Below are positions 60,486 to 64,000 of a DNA stretch of 64,000 nt, piece by piece. A program made the translations under genes and the position numbers. Position 1 is the stretch's first letter. Every line of letters starts with the position of its first letter. The notes under the pieces were generated by a model. The model saw only the letters and a program-made list of their open reading frames with translations. It did no database searches and was not told the DNA's origin. The stretch lies in NCBI RefSeq assembly GCF_009914755.1, contig NC_060929.1; one strand, given 5' to 3'. The stretch comes from the human T2T-CHM13v2.0 reference genome, Homo sapiens.

Positions 60486-60989
60486 GTTGGCTAATAAGAA
60501 AAGACAGTTAATAAATATAGGCAAGGACAGAGAAATTGGAATTCTTATACATTGCTGATGGGAGTGTAAAATGATACAGCCACTGTAGAAAAATGTTTGG
60601 CAGTTCCTCAAAAGGTAACACATAGAGTTATCATATGATCCAGTAATTCTACTCCTAGGTATCCACACAAGAGAAATAAAGATATATGTCTACACAGAAA
60701 CTTGTATATGAATGTTCTTAACAGCATTATTTATAATAGCCAAAGAATGGACACAACCTAAAAGACCATCAGCTAAGGAGTGGATAGACAAAATATGGTA
60801 GTATATCCACATAACAGAATATTACTCAGCCATAAAAAGAAAATGAAGTGCTGTTACATGCTACAATATGGATGAACCTTGAAAACATGTTAAGTGAAAT
60901 AAGCCAGGTACAAGAAGCCACATATATATGATTCTATTTATACGAAATGTCCAGAATAGGCAAATCCATAGAGACAGAAAGTAACATTT

Positions 60990-61096
60990 GTGATTGTCAG
61001 GGATGTTGCTAACTATCCTGCAACACACAGAACAGCCCTGACAGCAAAGAATTATCCAATCAAAAATGTCAATAGTCCAGAGGTTGAGAAACTGTT
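60990..61096 (+). mobile_element. MER20 3' half
   Basis: cagggatgttgctaac...aaatgtcaatagtccagaggttgagaaact. Confidence 0.8.
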
Positions 61097-62899
61097 CTAC
61101 GGTGAAGTTTAATCTATTAAAAAGCAAAAAAGAATCAATCATGAGAAAATAAATTAATATCATTCTGTTCCAAACTTACTAGAGCACTAAGTCCTCATTC
61201 ATTTTGACAATATCAGATCAAAAGGTGAAGGAGTATTCAGTTATCAGTCTCAAGTTTAAAGTGCACCTTGGAGTTCACCTATTTTAAGATGTCTTCAAAA
61301 TCTTGCAATCTTCAAGTTTTTTCTTTTTAAATGAACCCAGCTAAGAATTCATAGAAGAGCAGATTAAATTGGAATCTGGCTCTTTCCAGTCCTTTAGTTT
61401 AAGATATTATGATACTGAAGCAGTTCAGTGGATCTTTATAATAATAGTCCCTCCAATCCCTTTGCCCATGCTGCCCTGCAAAGATGGTTTCCTGCTACCT
61501 ATTCAAAAATAAGATTCTCAAGTAGCTCAGAAACACATTGAGGGATGCTATCAATGTATTATGATTGCTCTCTTTAGCTGACTTTATAGCACCTTGGAAT
61601 AGCAGCCAGGAACCAAGGACAAGATGGTACCCCTTGCATACACTCCAGACAGAAGTAACCTACTTTTTGTTTATTTAGGACCTGAAAAATGTTAACTTCA
61701 AAGAATAATGCATATCGTCAGCATTCTTCTCAAATTCATTAATTATAAATATGTCCTTATTGTTTAGCCAACTTTACTTAGAGGGGATACATCAATTTTG
61801 CAAATGTATCTTCTACAGCAGAATAACTTGTATTTTTTAAACTGCATATTTACAGAAGAGAGTCATGAGACATGAAGCCAACATATTAAGGGCACCGGCT
61901 ACAGACTTGTACATTGTAGAATACCACACCGGTCCTCCCAGACTTTAGCAAGGTCGGCATTTAGCTGAAGCTGTATTGGTCTGGCTTCAGCCTATTACTG
62001 TTTCTACTCCTATTCAAACACCTACTTATTTGAGCAGCTTCATGATAGATGCAGAAACACAAAAATTCCCACTTGGAAATTTTTAATGACTCAATATTTC
62101 AATCAAATAGCAACTGAGGAAAAGAAAGTTTAAAGGAAGAGAAATTAGGTCTGTATAAAAGCAAGATATCAGGAACCTATAAGTGGTTGGAAGCTTCGCG
62201 TCTGAGAGTGATGGCAATCTGATCCTAGAGATCTATCAATTTAGCATAAAGTTGTTAAAATCTGTCCTTTAAATTTTCATGGATTATCTAGACCATAGCC
62301 AAGTCAAGTATCTGTGTAAGGTATGGAGGACATTAATAAAAGTATAGAAATATACTAAATGTTTTCTATGTGTCTTTCTTTGATATTTAAATAAGTCCTT
62401 AATTAACCAAAGACCAGAAAAGGGGGAAATTTTGTTTTAGATTAGATTGTGGTCCTTAAAAATAAAATGTTTGCTTTTGTCATTATATGTACATCTTCTA
62501 TAATATTAGGTGGCTCCCTGAAGGTTATCAAATTAGTAATACCATAATTACCAAAATAAAACATGTTTATCTTGAAAAAAATTCACAACTTTGAAAATTC
62601 CTTTAATTCCAACATTTCTATTCCATTCTGAAAAGACTGCTCTTGCTTTTGACTTACAGCTAAAGCAGATTTTTACTACATAGTCTAGCACCTTATTATA
62701 AATCATTTTGGTCTCTTCATATTTCATATCATTCTTTTCTGTTGCTCCAGCAGACTGTAAACTCCTGGCTTTTTCTTTCCAGTCCTTGCTAAGACGTAAG
62801 AGTGCTGAAGGCAGGGGATCAATGCTTGCTGACAGACATTGTCCACAGTAGAAACTGCAGCCATGGTGATCAGGAGGCAAAAAAGTATAAAGCAAAAAA

Positions 62900-63090
62900 A
62901 CCGTGGGCTTGGCGAGAAGAGCCTTGGGGTCCCACCCCATCCCTGTCTCTTACCAGATGGGTATCATTGGCCAATATGTTTCATCTCTCTTACCTTTTAT
63001 ATCTTTATCAATAAAGCAGTGGTAGATGATACCTTTCTTTCAGAGTTATTGTTAAATGGGATCACAAATGTGAACGTTCTGTAAATACTA
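62900..63090 (+). mobile_element. MIR SINE
   Basis: gtgggcttgg...cttggggtccc...tatctttatcaataaag...gagttattgt. Confidence 0.5.
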
Positions 63091-63262
63091 AGAGTTCTGT
63101 GTGACTATAATTTATCATTATCTATGCCACTATTGCTAAGGTAAAATACTAATCACATTTTTCTTCTTTCTCAAACAACTGTTTACCTATACTCAAACTG
63201 CTGAACTAATCTTCTCCAACCTCTTCCCCATCTCTGTTCCTTAGTGTTCATTTAACACTAAA

Positions 63263-63917
63263 AGAGTAGTCTCCCCTTATACTCAGGAGACCCCCAATGG
63301 ATGCCTGAAATCACAGGTAGTACCAAACACTATATATACTTACCTTAAATGCCTTTTTCCTTTTAACTAAGCACTTATCATACACATTGGCTGCAAACTT
63401 TTGCAGTCTGAGATATGACAGCAAAACCAGCACGCATTTCTTTTTCATTCTTCACAATTTCATGTATAAAAGATTCATTCTTATCATAGATCTTAGCAGT
63501 CTCAGCATATGATTTCTTTTCTTTATATATAAGTCTAGAATTTTCATCTTTCACTTAAGGGAAGCAATTTACAGCTTCTCTTTGACATATCTGAATTGCC
63601 AGGATCACCACTCCTGCACTTTGGGGCCACTATGAAGTAAAATAAGGATTACTTGAAGCCAAGTGTTGTAATACTAGAAGAGTCAATCTGATAACCTGGA
63701 TGGCTACCAAGTGACTAAGGGGCAGGCAGCACCTACAGCATGGAGATGCTGAACAAAGGAATGATTCACATCCCAGGTGGGATGGGTGGGAAGCATAAAA
63801 TTTAAAACTCTTCGATTCTTTATTTCTGTAATTTTTCACTTAATATTTTCAGAACACAGTTGACTGCGGGTAACTGAAACCTTGGAAAGCAAAACTGCAG
63901 ATAAGGCGGACTACTGC
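63263..63917 (-). mobile_element. MER44 (Tigger7-derived) element
   Basis: TIR-like agtagtctccccttat...ggatgcctgaaa and ...gcgggtaactgaaacc...gataaggcggactactg. Confidence 0.85.
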
Positions 63918-64000
63918 ATAAATTTTGAAATCCTTTGCAAGGGTTCCCTGTGTTTTATCACAGCTGGTCACCATCTGGCCTATCAAACATAAGCCCTTAA

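Noticed and set aside
61964-61991. Short hairpin gctgaagc...gcttcagc
   Set aside because: Only an 8-bp stem; too short for a miRNA or other ncRNA call.

Overview
Primate genomic DNA, most likely human, from inside the glucocorticoid receptor gene NR3C1, which is transcribed on the minus strand. The only real coding sequence is the two zinc-finger (DNA-binding domain) exons: exon 3 (5317-5483) and exon 4 (1412-1528). Everything above 5483 is the long intron 2 (intron B), rich in Alu, L1, L2, MIR, MaLR LTR and DNA-transposon remnants plus an RPL7L1 processed pseudogene. The most unusual observations are: (1) a single orphan alpha-satellite monomer captured inside an Alu, with a fold-back templated junction and a 6-bp duplication; (2) a 136-bp ungapped inverted repeat with a 45-bp perfect core between the two zinc-finger exons; (3) an RPL7L1 retrocopy apparently made from an exon-skipped mRNA, with a 1-nt insertion that restores the frame; (4) a sense-oriented THE1A provirus with intact DUX4-type motifs upstream of an in-frame ATG in exon 3. 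I see no convincing evidence of a wholly new multi-gene system. Repeat subfamily calls and alignments were done by eye from recalled consensus sequences and need RepeatMasker/BLAST confirmation.
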